From contig JBCCQY010000009.1 of NCBI GenBank assembly GCA_039208735.1, positions 1 to 64,000 on the forward strand: DNA of 64,000 nt. The letters are read 5' to 3'. The notes below the pieces were generated by a model. It saw nothing but the letters and a program-made list of their open reading frames with translations, did no database searches and was not told the DNA's origin. The translations under genes and the position numbers were made by a program. Within the stretch, counting starts at the first letter, position 1; each line of letters begins with the position of its first letter. Origin of the DNA: Myxococcota bacterium. Lineage in GTDB: Bacteria > Myxococcota_A > UBA796 > GCA-2862545. Of the stretch, positions 1-8,462 are shown in pieces.

Positions 1-2
1 CT

Positions 3-632
3 TGGGTCCGGGACCTGGGATCGACGGAAGGCACTCGGGTCAATGGCCAACCCATCGACGGGCGCACCGTGCTTGAGCCAAGCGATTTGGTGGGCATCGG
101 TCAACACCTGCTGCGCGTCCATTCCTCGGCTGACCGAACGGCTGCGCCCGGGCCCGCGCTTGCTGAAGCGCTCGCGCACTTGCCCGAGGACCTGGCCCAA
201 CGGCTCCGTGCAGAAGCCCTCGCCGATCGTTGGGAGGCCGATGCGTGGCGCAGCTTGGTGTCGGATCCCGGAGCGTGGCTCGATCACATCGACGACCGCG
301 AGGCCTTGCTGGCCTCGATCGAAGCGCAGCTCGAGGCGTGGGGCGTGGCAGACCAGTTGGGGACGATCGACGACGACTTTGCCGCACGCTCCCTTCCTTC
401 CAGCCTTGGTGCGGCCGTAAAACGACGGGTCCAGGCCCTCCAACGATGGGTGGGGCCTTTGCTCACCCGCGCGGTGCCCGTTCGCGACCTACGAACCGCA
501 ACCAAGCGGTTTCAACTCGGCCAGCTGGCTCGGGCGCTCGAAGCGACCGGGGGCAATCGAGCCCAAGCGGCCGAGCGCCTCGGTGTTTCCCGCCAGTTCA
601 TTTACCGGCTCCTCGACCACGAAGAGTCCTAG
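3..632 (+). CDS. FHA-domain protein with C-terminal Fis-type HTH (5' end truncated by the window edge)
   Basis: Frame is open from base 3: WVRDLGSTEGTRVNGQPIDG matches the FHA C-terminal motif DLGSTNGTxVNG. C-terminus ALEATGGNRAQAAERLGVSRQFIYRLL is HTH_8. Confidence 0.85.
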   Translation, partial: WVRDLGSTEGTRVNGQPIDGRTVLEPSDLVGIGQHLLRVHSSADRTAAPGPALAEALAHLPEDLAQRLRAEALADRWEADAWRSLVSDPGAWLDHIDDREALLASIEAQLEAWGVADQLGTIDDDFAARSLPSSLGAAVKRRVQALQRWVGPLLTRAVPVRDLRTATKRFQLGQLARALEATGGNRAQAAERLGVSRQFIYRLLDHEES

Positions 633-676
633 CGGGGCTCGCGCAGTTAAGGGGGCGGCGCCAATTGGAGGCCTGC

Positions 677-1147
677 GTGCTCGTTGTCCTTACCTCCCTT
701 GCCGCGTCCAACGCCTCCGCCACCGACATTGGAATCCGTCGTACGCTAGGCGTGGGGGCGATTGTCGGCACCACGACAGGGGCCACCGGTCGGGTGTACC
801 TCGGGGGCCCGCGTCCTTCGTTGGATTTCGCGTTTGGCTTGACGAGCGGGGCAGGGGTCTACGACGCCGTGTTTGGGCACGTCACCGTGAACTACCGCGT
901 CGCCTTGACCGATGTGGGCGACCAGTTCGCGTGGCGGGTGGGGCTGGGAACGTTCGTGACCACGCGCGATGCCGCTGAAGATGATGGGGCCGCGGCATTC
1001 GGCCTCCGGGTGCCCCTCGGCATCGATATTGACCATGCCAAGGTGCCCTTGCAGTTGAGCGTCGAAGTTTCGCCGGTGAGTGTGTCGGTCACGCCAACGA
1101 CGCGGTTCGGGCTCGATGCGGGCCTTGCCTTACGCTACTACCTGTGA
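677..1147 (+). CDS. Secreted or outer-membrane beta-rich hypothetical protein
   Basis: GGAG RBS then GTG at 677. Signal peptide ends in ASA, followed by amphipathic beta strands and a C-terminal ALRYYL, typical of small OM barrels. Confidence 0.65.
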   Translation: MLVVLTSLAASNASATDIGIRRTLGVGAIVGTTTGATGRVYLGGPRPSLDFAFGLTSGAGVYDAVFGHVTVNYRVALTDVGDQFAWRVGLGTFVTTRDAAEDDGAAAFGLRVPLGIDIDHAKVPLQLSVEVSPVSVSVTPTTRFGLDAGLALRYYL

Positions 1148-1169
1148 GCTTGCCAGGACGGACCACGCC

Positions 1170-2312
1170 ATGACCGATCATTCCGATCCCTTCGCGCCCT
1201 CCTCGGGGGTTCCCGTCAAGGCGGCCGCCAGTCCCGACTGGCTCGCGCTGCGCGATGAAGTCACCCAACGGTGGGAGTTGGCCGGCCACGAGGTGAAGGC
1301 GGCGCTCGAACAGACGCTTGTGGTGGCGTTCCTTGGTTCGGCGTCGTCGGGCAAGGACTCGGCCATCAAGGCGCTGTTTGGCATGGACTTTGGGCAGATC
1401 GATCCCATTCCTGGGTCCACCGACCGGGTTCGGGTGGCGCCGGTTGACGCGCAACGGCAGGTCCATGTGGTCAACGCACCCGGCTTTGGCGACCTGCGAA
1501 CCTCGGTCCAGCTCCAGGCCGAGAGCGTGCTTGAGCAGCTCGACATTGCGGTCTACGTGGTGAACGCAGATGGCGGCGCGACCATCGACGAAAAGAACGA
1601 CCTCGACCGCATTCGAGCGTTGAACCGCCCTACGCTGGTGTGTTTCAACAAGATCGATCTCATTCGGCCCGAGCAACGCGACGCTCACATCAAGGCGAGC
1701 CTCGTGCAGCTTGGGGTGAGTGACGACCAGGCCGTGGTCACGGCGTTCGACCCGATGCCGGCGCTGTCACCAGATCCCATTGGGGTCGAGGCGGTGATTC
1801 ACTGGATCCATCACCAGCTGAAGGACTCCGGTAAGGCGCTGTTGTTTGCGAAGAACCTTCGTAACAAAACAGCCGCCTGTGAACCCATCATCCAAGCGGC
1901 GGCCAAACGGGCCGCGTTGGCCGGTGCGTTGCCGATTCCGGGCGCCGACATGACGGCGGTCATGGCGGTTCAGGTGGGCATGATCACCGAGATTGCGGCC
2001 GTGTTCGACCGTCAGATTGACCAAGAGGTCATCCTCTTCGTCATCGCCGAGGCGTTGGCCGGATCGACCAAGGGCTTTGTGCGTTGGGCGGTGAATGCCG
2101 TGAAAGCAGCTGGGTTGTTGCCTGGAGGCCAGGTCGCGACGATGGCCACGAGCGCGTTGGGAGCGACGATTGCGGGCGCCACCACCTACGGAGTGGGCAA
2201 GGCCGCCATCGCCTTTCTCCAGAACGACGGCAAGCTCACGGGCGCCCAGCTTCGCGACGTGTTCGACTCGGAGGCGTTCAAGTACCACGAGCGGGTCGAC
2301 AAGTCGTCGTGA
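1170..2312 (+). CDS. Era/MMR_HSR1-like GTPase with C-terminal DUF697/YcjF-like hydrophobic domain
   Basis: G1 GSASSGKDS, G2 GST, G3 NAPG, G4 NKID. C-terminal ALPIPGAD...Q..MI..IA and Gly/Ala-rich helices. Confidence 0.85.
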   Translation: MTDHSDPFAPSSGVPVKAAASPDWLALRDEVTQRWELAGHEVKAALEQTLVVAFLGSASSGKDSAIKALFGMDFGQIDPIPGSTDRVRVAPVDAQRQVHVVNAPGFGDLRTSVQLQAESVLEQLDIAVYVVNADGGATIDEKNDLDRIRALNRPTLVCFNKIDLIRPEQRDAHIKASLVQLGVSDDQAVVTAFDPMPALSPDPIGVEAVIHWIHHQLKDSGKALLFAKNLRNKTAACEPIIQAAAKRAALAGALPIPGADMTAVMAVQVGMITEIAAVFDRQIDQEVILFVIAEALAGSTKGFVRWAVNAVKAAGLLPGGQVATMATSALGATIAGATTYGVGKAAIAFLQNDGKLTGAQLRDVFDSEAFKYHERVDKSS

Positions 2313-3433
2313 GCAGCGAGCTGACCGAACTCCTTCGCAAGTGCCATCGCGACGAGCTGTTGCCGTTGGCTGAAGCGATTGGCATCAAGCCCGAGGGCAT
2401 GACGGTTCGCCAGCTCGCCACGGCCATCGACGTACGGTTGCGCCATCGTGCGGCCAATGACCTTGAGAACCTGATCTTTCGTGGTGGGAACGGGCCCCCC
2501 TATGTGGACATGCTGCGTCGGGTGGGCCGTCGGCTGGGCCTCGATGTGGGCTACGATGCAGCACTCGCGGAACAAGCGATCGCTCGCGAACACACTCGCC
2601 AAACGTGGCATTTGCTGCCGGATCGGGAACGCGAAGCACGCTGGGAACAGTCGTTTAGCGACACCCCAGCGCCCGAGTTTGGCGACCAGGCCTTGGCCTT
2701 GCTCGAAAAGAAGTACCACCGCGGACTGGGCTGGCATCTCACCCAGTTGGCGACGAATCCGCCGATTCCCATGCCCGCGGGTTGCCTCATCGTCCCGTGG
2801 CTCATGCGGCCTCGCTACGACATTGTCGAGCCCGCCATCCTCGAGATTGCACGGTTGCGGCAGACTGTCCGGTATCGAGTCACGATCGGCATCGTAGGCT
2901 CGCCCTCGACGGGGAAGGACGCTGCCATCAACGCGTTGTTCGGCATCAACACGGGAAATGTGAGCCCGGTGGCCGGTTCGACGAAGCACGTTGAGATCCG
3001 ACGGCTCGAGGGGCCTACTGCGTTGTACCTCGTGAATACGCCAGGGATGGGCGACGTGATGGAGTCCGTGAGGGCCGAAGCCAAAGAGATCCTCGACCAC
3101 ATCGACATTTACCTCTACCTGGTGAACGCCCAAGGGGGCGTTCAGGCCCGAGAACTGGCGGATTACCAAGAGTGTGTGGCGACCGGGCGGCCGGTGCTTG
3201 CGGTGGTCAACAAGATCGACACGCTGCGGCAGGAAGACCGAGAGCGGTACCTCGCCGACGCGCGGACCAAACTCCGGGCCCCCGATGACAGCTTTGTCTC
3301 GGCCGCCTTTGACCCGTTGCCCCAGTTGGCTCCCGGTCCCTTGGGGTTGGCCAATGTTCGAGGTTGGATCACCGATCAGCTGGTTCAGCTCGGCAAGGAC
3401 CCGGCGGAATTGCCATGGGTCGACGCGGCGTAG
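2309..3433 (+). CDS. Paralogous GTPase with N-terminal YaaW-like helical domain and C-terminal G domain
   Basis: GTGA overlap with the upstream stop. G1 GSPSTGKDA, G3 NTPG, G4 NKID. N-terminal NLIFRGGNGPPYVDML and PRYDIVEPAILEIARLR resemble YaaW. Confidence 0.8.
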   Translation: MSSELTELLRKCHRDELLPLAEAIGIKPEGMTVRQLATAIDVRLRHRAANDLENLIFRGGNGPPYVDMLRRVGRRLGLDVGYDAALAEQAIAREHTRQTWHLLPDREREARWEQSFSDTPAPEFGDQALALLEKKYHRGLGWHLTQLATNPPIPMPAGCLIVPWLMRPRYDIVEPAILEIARLRQTVRYRVTIGIVGSPSTGKDAAINALFGINTGNVSPVAGSTKHVEIRRLEGPTALYLVNTPGMGDVMESVRAEAKEILDHIDIYLYLVNAQGGVQARELADYQECVATGRPVLAVVNKIDTLRQEDRERYLADARTKLRAPDDSFVSAAFDPLPQLAPGPLGLANVRGWITDQLVQLGKDPAELPWVDAA

Positions 3434-3473
3434 ATCGGATGGGTCCGATACCCTCCTGCCGGGAGGGCCATGC

Positions 3474-4559
3474 ATGAGGCGACTCGCGATGCTGCTCATC
3501 GGTGCATGCACGACCACGACCGAACCTGCCCTCGACCAGCCGCTGAGTGAGGGAGATCGGCAGGCCGCGGTGCAGTTCGGCACCACACTCACCCAACCCT
3601 CTCCCCCCGCCATTGTCTGTTCGACGCACCAAGGCTGGTTGACCCACCTGGCCGCCACGACCGACGATCCCGCTACTGCGGCGGCTGCGCTAACGGGGTT
3701 GGCCGAGTGTTCGACAACGTGGCACGAGCCCGATGTGCGGCGTGCCCTCGCTCGATGGTGGTCTCAGCCGACGCCCGTGTTGGCCAAAGGGCTGATCGCG
3801 GTGGCGGATCCGTTGGTCGCCACCTCGGAGCCAGATGATCCCGTCGTGCGAGGAATGGTGCGGTTGGCCTCCTTGCACCCCGAACTTGCAGTGAAGCTGG
3901 CCGCCCTGGAATCGCTGGACCGCCGGGCATGGGGTCGAGAGCCCGAGGTGGCCTCGGCATTCATCGATGCGATGCTGGCGGTTCGGCAGCCGGTGCTCAC
4001 CGCGACCGTCCTCCACTGGCTTCGGTTTGAGGCGTCTGAGGTTCACTTCCAGGTTCAGCCCCGGTTGCGGGCCGCGGCGACCCTGGCCCTTCGCGACATC
4101 GATCCCGGTGTGCGCGGTCGGGCTGCCCTCGCGTTGGCTAGGTTGGCGGGTGATGATCCACAGATTTTGGCCTTGGTGCGTGAACGGCTGGCCGATCCGC
4201 ACCCGTTCACCCGCGCCGCTGCGGCCAAGGCACTGGCCGATCTCGCCCAAGAGACCTTGGTGCACGATCTTGTGCCGCTGTTGGACGACCATGCCGCCAC
4301 GACGTGGCGCTCGCGGCCGTTCGCGCGGCTCGATGGAACGACGGACCGCATTCGGTTTGTCGCGTCTCCCCATGAACGGGTCGATGAAGCCGTATTGATC
4401 GGCCTGCAGCGACTAACGGCGGATCTTGCGCGACCGTATGTCATCCGTTCGATCGATCCGACCTATGCGGAGTTGGACCTTCTGTCGGCTACGCGTGACG
4501 CTAAAGCATGGTACCAGGCGGCGTACGGCGAGGAGTCGCCGCCGGAGGAGGGCGGTTGA
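3474..4559 (+). CDS. HEAT-repeat lipoprotein
   Basis: Lipobox-like LIGAC. HEAT motifs LRDIDPGVRGRAALAL and LADPHPFTRAAAAKAL. Confidence 0.8.
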   Translation: MRRLAMLLIGACTTTTEPALDQPLSEGDRQAAVQFGTTLTQPSPPAIVCSTHQGWLTHLAATTDDPATAAAALTGLAECSTTWHEPDVRRALARWWSQPTPVLAKGLIAVADPLVATSEPDDPVVRGMVRLASLHPELAVKLAALESLDRRAWGREPEVASAFIDAMLAVRQPVLTATVLHWLRFEASEVHFQVQPRLRAAATLALRDIDPGVRGRAALALARLAGDDPQILALVRERLADPHPFTRAAAAKALADLAQETLVHDLVPLLDDHAATTWRSRPFARLDGTTDRIRFVASPHERVDEAVLIGLQRLTADLARPYVIRSIDPTYAELDLLSATRDAKAWYQAAYGEESPPEEGG

Positions 4560-5959
4560 ACCGTCAGAGCGTGATCGTGACTGTCATCGCAGGCCTCGTT
4601 CTCCTGGGGCTCGCGTTGTTGTTGTACGGCGGTGGAGGGACAGACCAGCCCCAGCCGATTCCCAGCCAAGGCCCCCGCAGCGCGAAAGCGGCGAAGCGGC
4701 CCGATTCGGCCAAACGGATCGATGCGGCCAAGCTCATTCGCAAGCGTGCGATTCCCGACGATCGGCGCGCGGCCCCTGCAGGTGCGCCCAACGTCGTGTT
4801 CGTGGTGGCGTCGACCCAGCGCCGCGACCAGTGGACGGTCTACGGGGGGCCGGAAAACACGACACCGTTTCTCGCCGAGCGCGTGCGCGCAGCCGGGGTC
4901 TGGTTTGAGGATGCCCTGGCCGTCTCGGTTGACCCTCACCCCACGACCGCGGCCCTGCTCACCGGTCGCTATCCGCATGCACTCGGCGTGGTGGAGCTTC
5001 GCGAAAAGCTGAATGTGCGACGCACCCCCAACGCGGCCACGACATTGGCCGAGGTGTTTGCGGATTCAGGCTGGTTTACGATGGGACTGTCGGCCAACCA
5101 CCACGCCAATACGCGAGCGGGGCTTTCGCAGGGTTTCGATTGGTTCCGCAACAGCCAGCCCTTTTCGCTGAAGCTTGGCGCCCGCATCGATGCGCGCAAC
5201 CTCGTTCGCATCGCCCTCGACCGGTTGTCGCGGCGTAACGAGTCGGAAAAAGCGCGGCCTCTGTACCTACAGCTCGCCCTGGTGGATTCGCACAAGCCGT
5301 TTCGGGTGCCACCCGCCGAGTACAATGCGTTTGAGGCGCCGGAACACGATGTGGCGCCGTACCGGGCCACCGTGCGCCGACTCGATGACGCCCTGCGGTT
5401 CCTCGTGGACGGCCTCGGCAAGCAGGGTATCGATGAGTCGAACACCCTCTTTGTCGTGGTCGCGGACCATGGCGAGGGCCTGTCGATGCCTGAATCGCAC
5501 CGGTTCCAGCACGGTTTTGTGCTCTACGAATCTTCGGTGCGCATTCCGTGGGTGATGTGGGGCCATACGTTGCCCAAGGGCCGTGCCGTGCCCGGGCTGG
5601 CGTCTCAGATCGATGTCGTGCCGACCGTGCTGGATTGGCTCGGACTTGAGGTGCCAGCCGCCGTGGATGGGTCGAGCCACGCGAGCGCCGTGCGGGAGGG
5701 AACGACCCAGCGCGATCAGGCCTATGCCGACGCCACCTACCGAGGCATTCATCGTGCGTCGATCTGGACGACCGACCGACAGTGCCAGCGTGATTTTGGC
5801 AGTCTGCAGAACCTCGAAGATGACAGCTTTGTCGACGGGTGCTTCGATCGCAAGACCGACCCGGAATTCACGGCCTCATTCGTCGATGATGACCTGATGG
5901 CCAAACTCGATGAGCTGCACGAAACGTTGGCTGCCTTGGCCGACGCTCCAGCGAATTAG
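4556..5959 (+). CDS. Membrane-anchored sulfatase-like protein with degenerate active site
   Basis: TTGA overlap and N-terminal TM helix. Motifs PNVVFVV, LLTGRYP, ADHGE, LYES..RIP and DVVPT; no C/S-x-P-x-R motif. Confidence 0.85.
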   Translation: MNRQSVIVTVIAGLVLLGLALLLYGGGGTDQPQPIPSQGPRSAKAAKRPDSAKRIDAAKLIRKRAIPDDRRAAPAGAPNVVFVVASTQRRDQWTVYGGPENTTPFLAERVRAAGVWFEDALAVSVDPHPTTAALLTGRYPHALGVVELREKLNVRRTPNAATTLAEVFADSGWFTMGLSANHHANTRAGLSQGFDWFRNSQPFSLKLGARIDARNLVRIALDRLSRRNESEKARPLYLQLALVDSHKPFRVPPAEYNAFEAPEHDVAPYRATVRRLDDALRFLVDGLGKQGIDESNTLFVVVADHGEGLSMPESHRFQHGFVLYESSVRIPWVMWGHTLPKGRAVPGLASQIDVVPTVLDWLGLEVPAAVDGSSHASAVREGTTQRDQAYADATYRGIHRASIWTTDRQCQRDFGSLQNLEDDSFVDGCFDRKTDPEFTASFVDDDLMAKLDELHETLAALADAPAN

Positions 5960-5964
5960 GAAGT

Positions 5965-6597
5965 TTAGGGCTGGCGAACCAAGGTGAACCAATTGCCCAG
6001 GCTATTGCCGTACTTGGTCGCAAGCCCGATGACCACATCGTCTGAGACGCGACGGAGGTAGTCTCGGGTGTGGAAGTAGACGAGAAGCTGAAGTCCTAGC
6101 CAGTTGGGACGCAGCCACGGCCAGTGCTCGGGCACCGAGTCCGTGGGTCGCTGGTGGTAGTCGATGACCACCGAGCTGTGTTCGAATTCCTCGTCGTCGC
6201 ACGCCCGGGTAATGAAGTAGCCCGGCCCGATGAACGGCGTGAAGGGCGAGTCGTTGTAGCCGCCGATGCGGCCATCCGGCAGGCGAACCATGGGTTTGCG
6301 GAAACGGCGACCGAACCGAGGCAGCGGCAGGGTGTTGAATCCGTGCCAGATGACCGGTTCGCCCACCGGAACGTCACGCGGAACCAAGTCTTCCACCGTC
6401 AGTGGCGAATTGTCGGCGGCCTGTTCCCACATGCGTCGCTGGTCCGCCTTCGTGAGCGACTCGAGGAACTCCATCCGTTGGGGTAAACCCGCCGCGTTCA
6501 GGGCGGCCACGAGGCCCTCGCCATCGCCCGACACGAGAGGTTTCCAGGCCTCGGGTGCAGCGGGGACAAGCGGTTCGGCCAGGCTGGTTGGCGTCAT
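5965..6597 (-). CDS. Hypothetical protein
   Basis: Clean 210-aa ORF with GGAG RBS and globular composition (GPGYF, IDY motifs). Confidence 0.75.
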   Translation of the reverse strand: MTPTSLAEPLVPAAPEAWKPLVSGDGEGLVAALNAAGLPQRMEFLESLTKADQRRMWEQAADNSPLTVEDLVPRDVPVGEPVIWHGFNTLPLPRFGRRFRKPMVRLPDGRIGGYNDSPFTPFIGPGYFITRACDDEEFEHSSVVIDYHQRPTDSVPEHWPWLRPNWLGLQLLVYFHTRDYLRRVSDDVVIGLATKYGNSLGNWFTLVRQP

Positions 6598-6719
6598 GGC
6601 AACTCACTCCTGAGAAGAAGGTATCGCCCTCCGCGCGACGAAGTCGACACGCATTGTCGCGGCGTACCTCGAAATCCATCGGGTCATCGACAGACGATGT
6701 GTAGACGAATGTCCGTTCT

Positions 6720-7319
6720 TCAGAGCGAGGCCATGGCGAGCTGCAGGACCGCCTCGCCAACGCCGGCGGCGAAGGTGTCGGGATCGAACGACGGATCGAG
6801 CGCGTCGGCCCATTGGACGACCTGCACTGCGCCATGGGCCTGCGCCCAACCCAGCAGAGCGCGGCGACGGACTTCTTCGGGGGGTAGCGTGGGATTGGCG
6901 GCCGCGAAGGCGGCCATCAGGTTGCCGAAAGCGCGCATCGCCGTCTCTTTCAGCGGGACGGAGGCGACCTCGGGGACTTCCTCGGGTGACACGCGAAACA
7001 TCACCGCGTAGTGAGTGGGGTGCTCCAGCGCGAAGCGAACGTATACCGAGGCCATCTCGCGAAGCAGCGCGGCTCCGTCAGGCGCTTCGATGGTAGCCTG
7101 GGCGCGCATCAACGACTCGAAACCCTCGCACGCGACGGTCGCCAGCAACGTCGTCTTGTCCTGAAAGTGGTGGTAAGGGGCCGCGGCGGTGACTCCGGCC
7201 CGACGGGCTACCGCGCGGAGCGACAGTGCCTCGGGGGAGGTCTCAGCCACGAGGGCGAGGGCGGCGTCGAGCAACGCTCGTCGCAGGTCGCCATGGTGTT
7301 GTCCTCTTCGCCTTGCCAT
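6720..7319 (-). CDS. TetR/AcrR family regulator (WHG-type C-terminal domain)
   Basis: HHGDLRRALLDAA...SLRAVARRAGVTAAAPYHHF and WAQAHG. Confidence 0.92.
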   Translation of the reverse strand: MARRRGQHHGDLRRALLDAALALVAETSPEALSLRAVARRAGVTAAAPYHHFQDKTTLLATVACEGFESLMRAQATIEAPDGAALLREMASVYVRFALEHPTHYAVMFRVSPEEVPEVASVPLKETAMRAFGNLMAAFAAANPTLPPEEVRRRALLGWAQAHGAVQVVQWADALDPSFDPDTFAAGVGEAVLQLAMASL

Positions 7320-7329
7320 GCACCCTGTT

Positions 7330-7342
7330 TGAACACTGTTCG
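7330..7342. promoter_or_regulatory. Putative TetR operator (TGAAC-N3-GTTCG)
   Basis: Palindrome 10 nt upstream of the TetR start; related copies at 7790-7802 and 7808-7820. Confidence 0.6.
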
Positions 7343-7397
7343 ACGTAGAGATCAAGAGATGACCCGCCCCGAAGCTACGCGTTCGCCGGACTCCATC

Positions 7398-7718
7398 TCA
7401 CGATGCCAAGGTGACCGTATGGAGGGCGGCGATGGCGAGGTTGCAGAGGACCACGGGGTTCGTCGTCGTGCCGACCGTGAATGGCGTGGTCACCTTGTAG
7501 AAGATCTGGATGGCCAGCAATGCGGTCGTCATACGCAGATCACCGATGAACAACAGCGCTACCGACGCGACCAAGATGGCTGCGTAGATCGAAAGCAGGA
7601 TGCCGCGAGCGTGGGTCCGTGGGCCATACGCATCGGACACCCACGCGGCATTGGACAGAAGCGACGCACAAACCGGAATCAGCACGAGAATGTTGACGAC
7701 GAGCGAGACGATGTACAT
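7398..7718 (-). CDS. Small multi-pass membrane protein
   Basis: MYIVSLVVNILVLIPV..., about 4 hydrophobic segments. Confidence 0.75.
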   Translation of the reverse strand: MYIVSLVVNILVLIPVCASLLSNAAWVSDAYGPRTHARGILLSIYAAILVASVALLFIGDLRMTTALLAIQIFYKVTTPFTVGTTTNPVVLCNLAIAALHTVTLAS

Positions 7719-7789
7719 GTGCGCTCCTGCGCGTTGATGGGGTCGAGGCGCACTGAGGACGTACATCCGTGTCCGCGGGAGAGCCATGA

Positions 7790-7820
7790 TGAACGGTGTA
7801 AAAATAATAAACACTGTTCA
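7790..7820. promoter_or_regulatory. Tandem putative TetR operators in an AT-rich promoter
   Basis: TGAACGGTGTAAA and TAAACACTGTTCA, which together form an inverted repeat. Confidence 0.6.
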
Positions 7821-7904
7821 TTAGACCTTTCATCAATTTTGATGGAACGCTGAACGACCGGCGTCTGGGCTGTCCGATACGCGGAACCCAACTCGGAGTG
7901 CGCC

Positions 7905-8422
7905 ATGTCTCGTTCGTCCATCGCTTTGGCCATTGGTTTGTTCGTTCCCATCCTTCTTGCATGTGGTGGGTTCGGCGGCGGTTCATCCGGTGCGCCTATT
8001 GGCACCTCGTTGCAGGGCACGCTGTTCTTCAACCGGGCGGAGCCGCTTGAAAAGGTGCAGGTCGTCTCCCTTGAGCTTGGCCGTGCGCCTGTCGATCAAT
8101 GACGCCGAGGGGTTCGTCAACCCGGTGTCGGAGTGTCAGAAGCTCGATGTCATCACCCCTGACTTCTTCGCCCCCGCGTTGAGTCCTGACGGTTCTCGCG
8201 TTGCCGTCACCAATACGGCCATCCCAAGCCCGAAAGCTGCCGTTGGCCGGCGTGGCGTACGCTCCCAAGGGCAACCAGATTGCCTTCATCTCTGCCGATC
8301 CACTTGAAGAATCCTAACAAATCGAAGGTTCGGGCTATTCGATTTTCGTCTACGACGAGGGGCAGATCGAAGACATTCGGCTGCCCTTCATTCCTGGCGC
8401 GCCACTCGACTGGGCTCCGTAG
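7905..8422 (+). pseudogene. Disrupted TolB-like (PD40 repeat) lipoprotein
   Basis: Lipobox LLAC in the first frame, PALSPDGSRVAV in a second frame, then VAYAPKGNQIAFIS...LDWAP* after another shift, with an internal TAA at 8315-8317. Confidence 0.7.
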
Positions 8423-8462
8423 AGAAGGTGGCTTCCTGACCCAGCGGCGCATAGGCCCAGGC

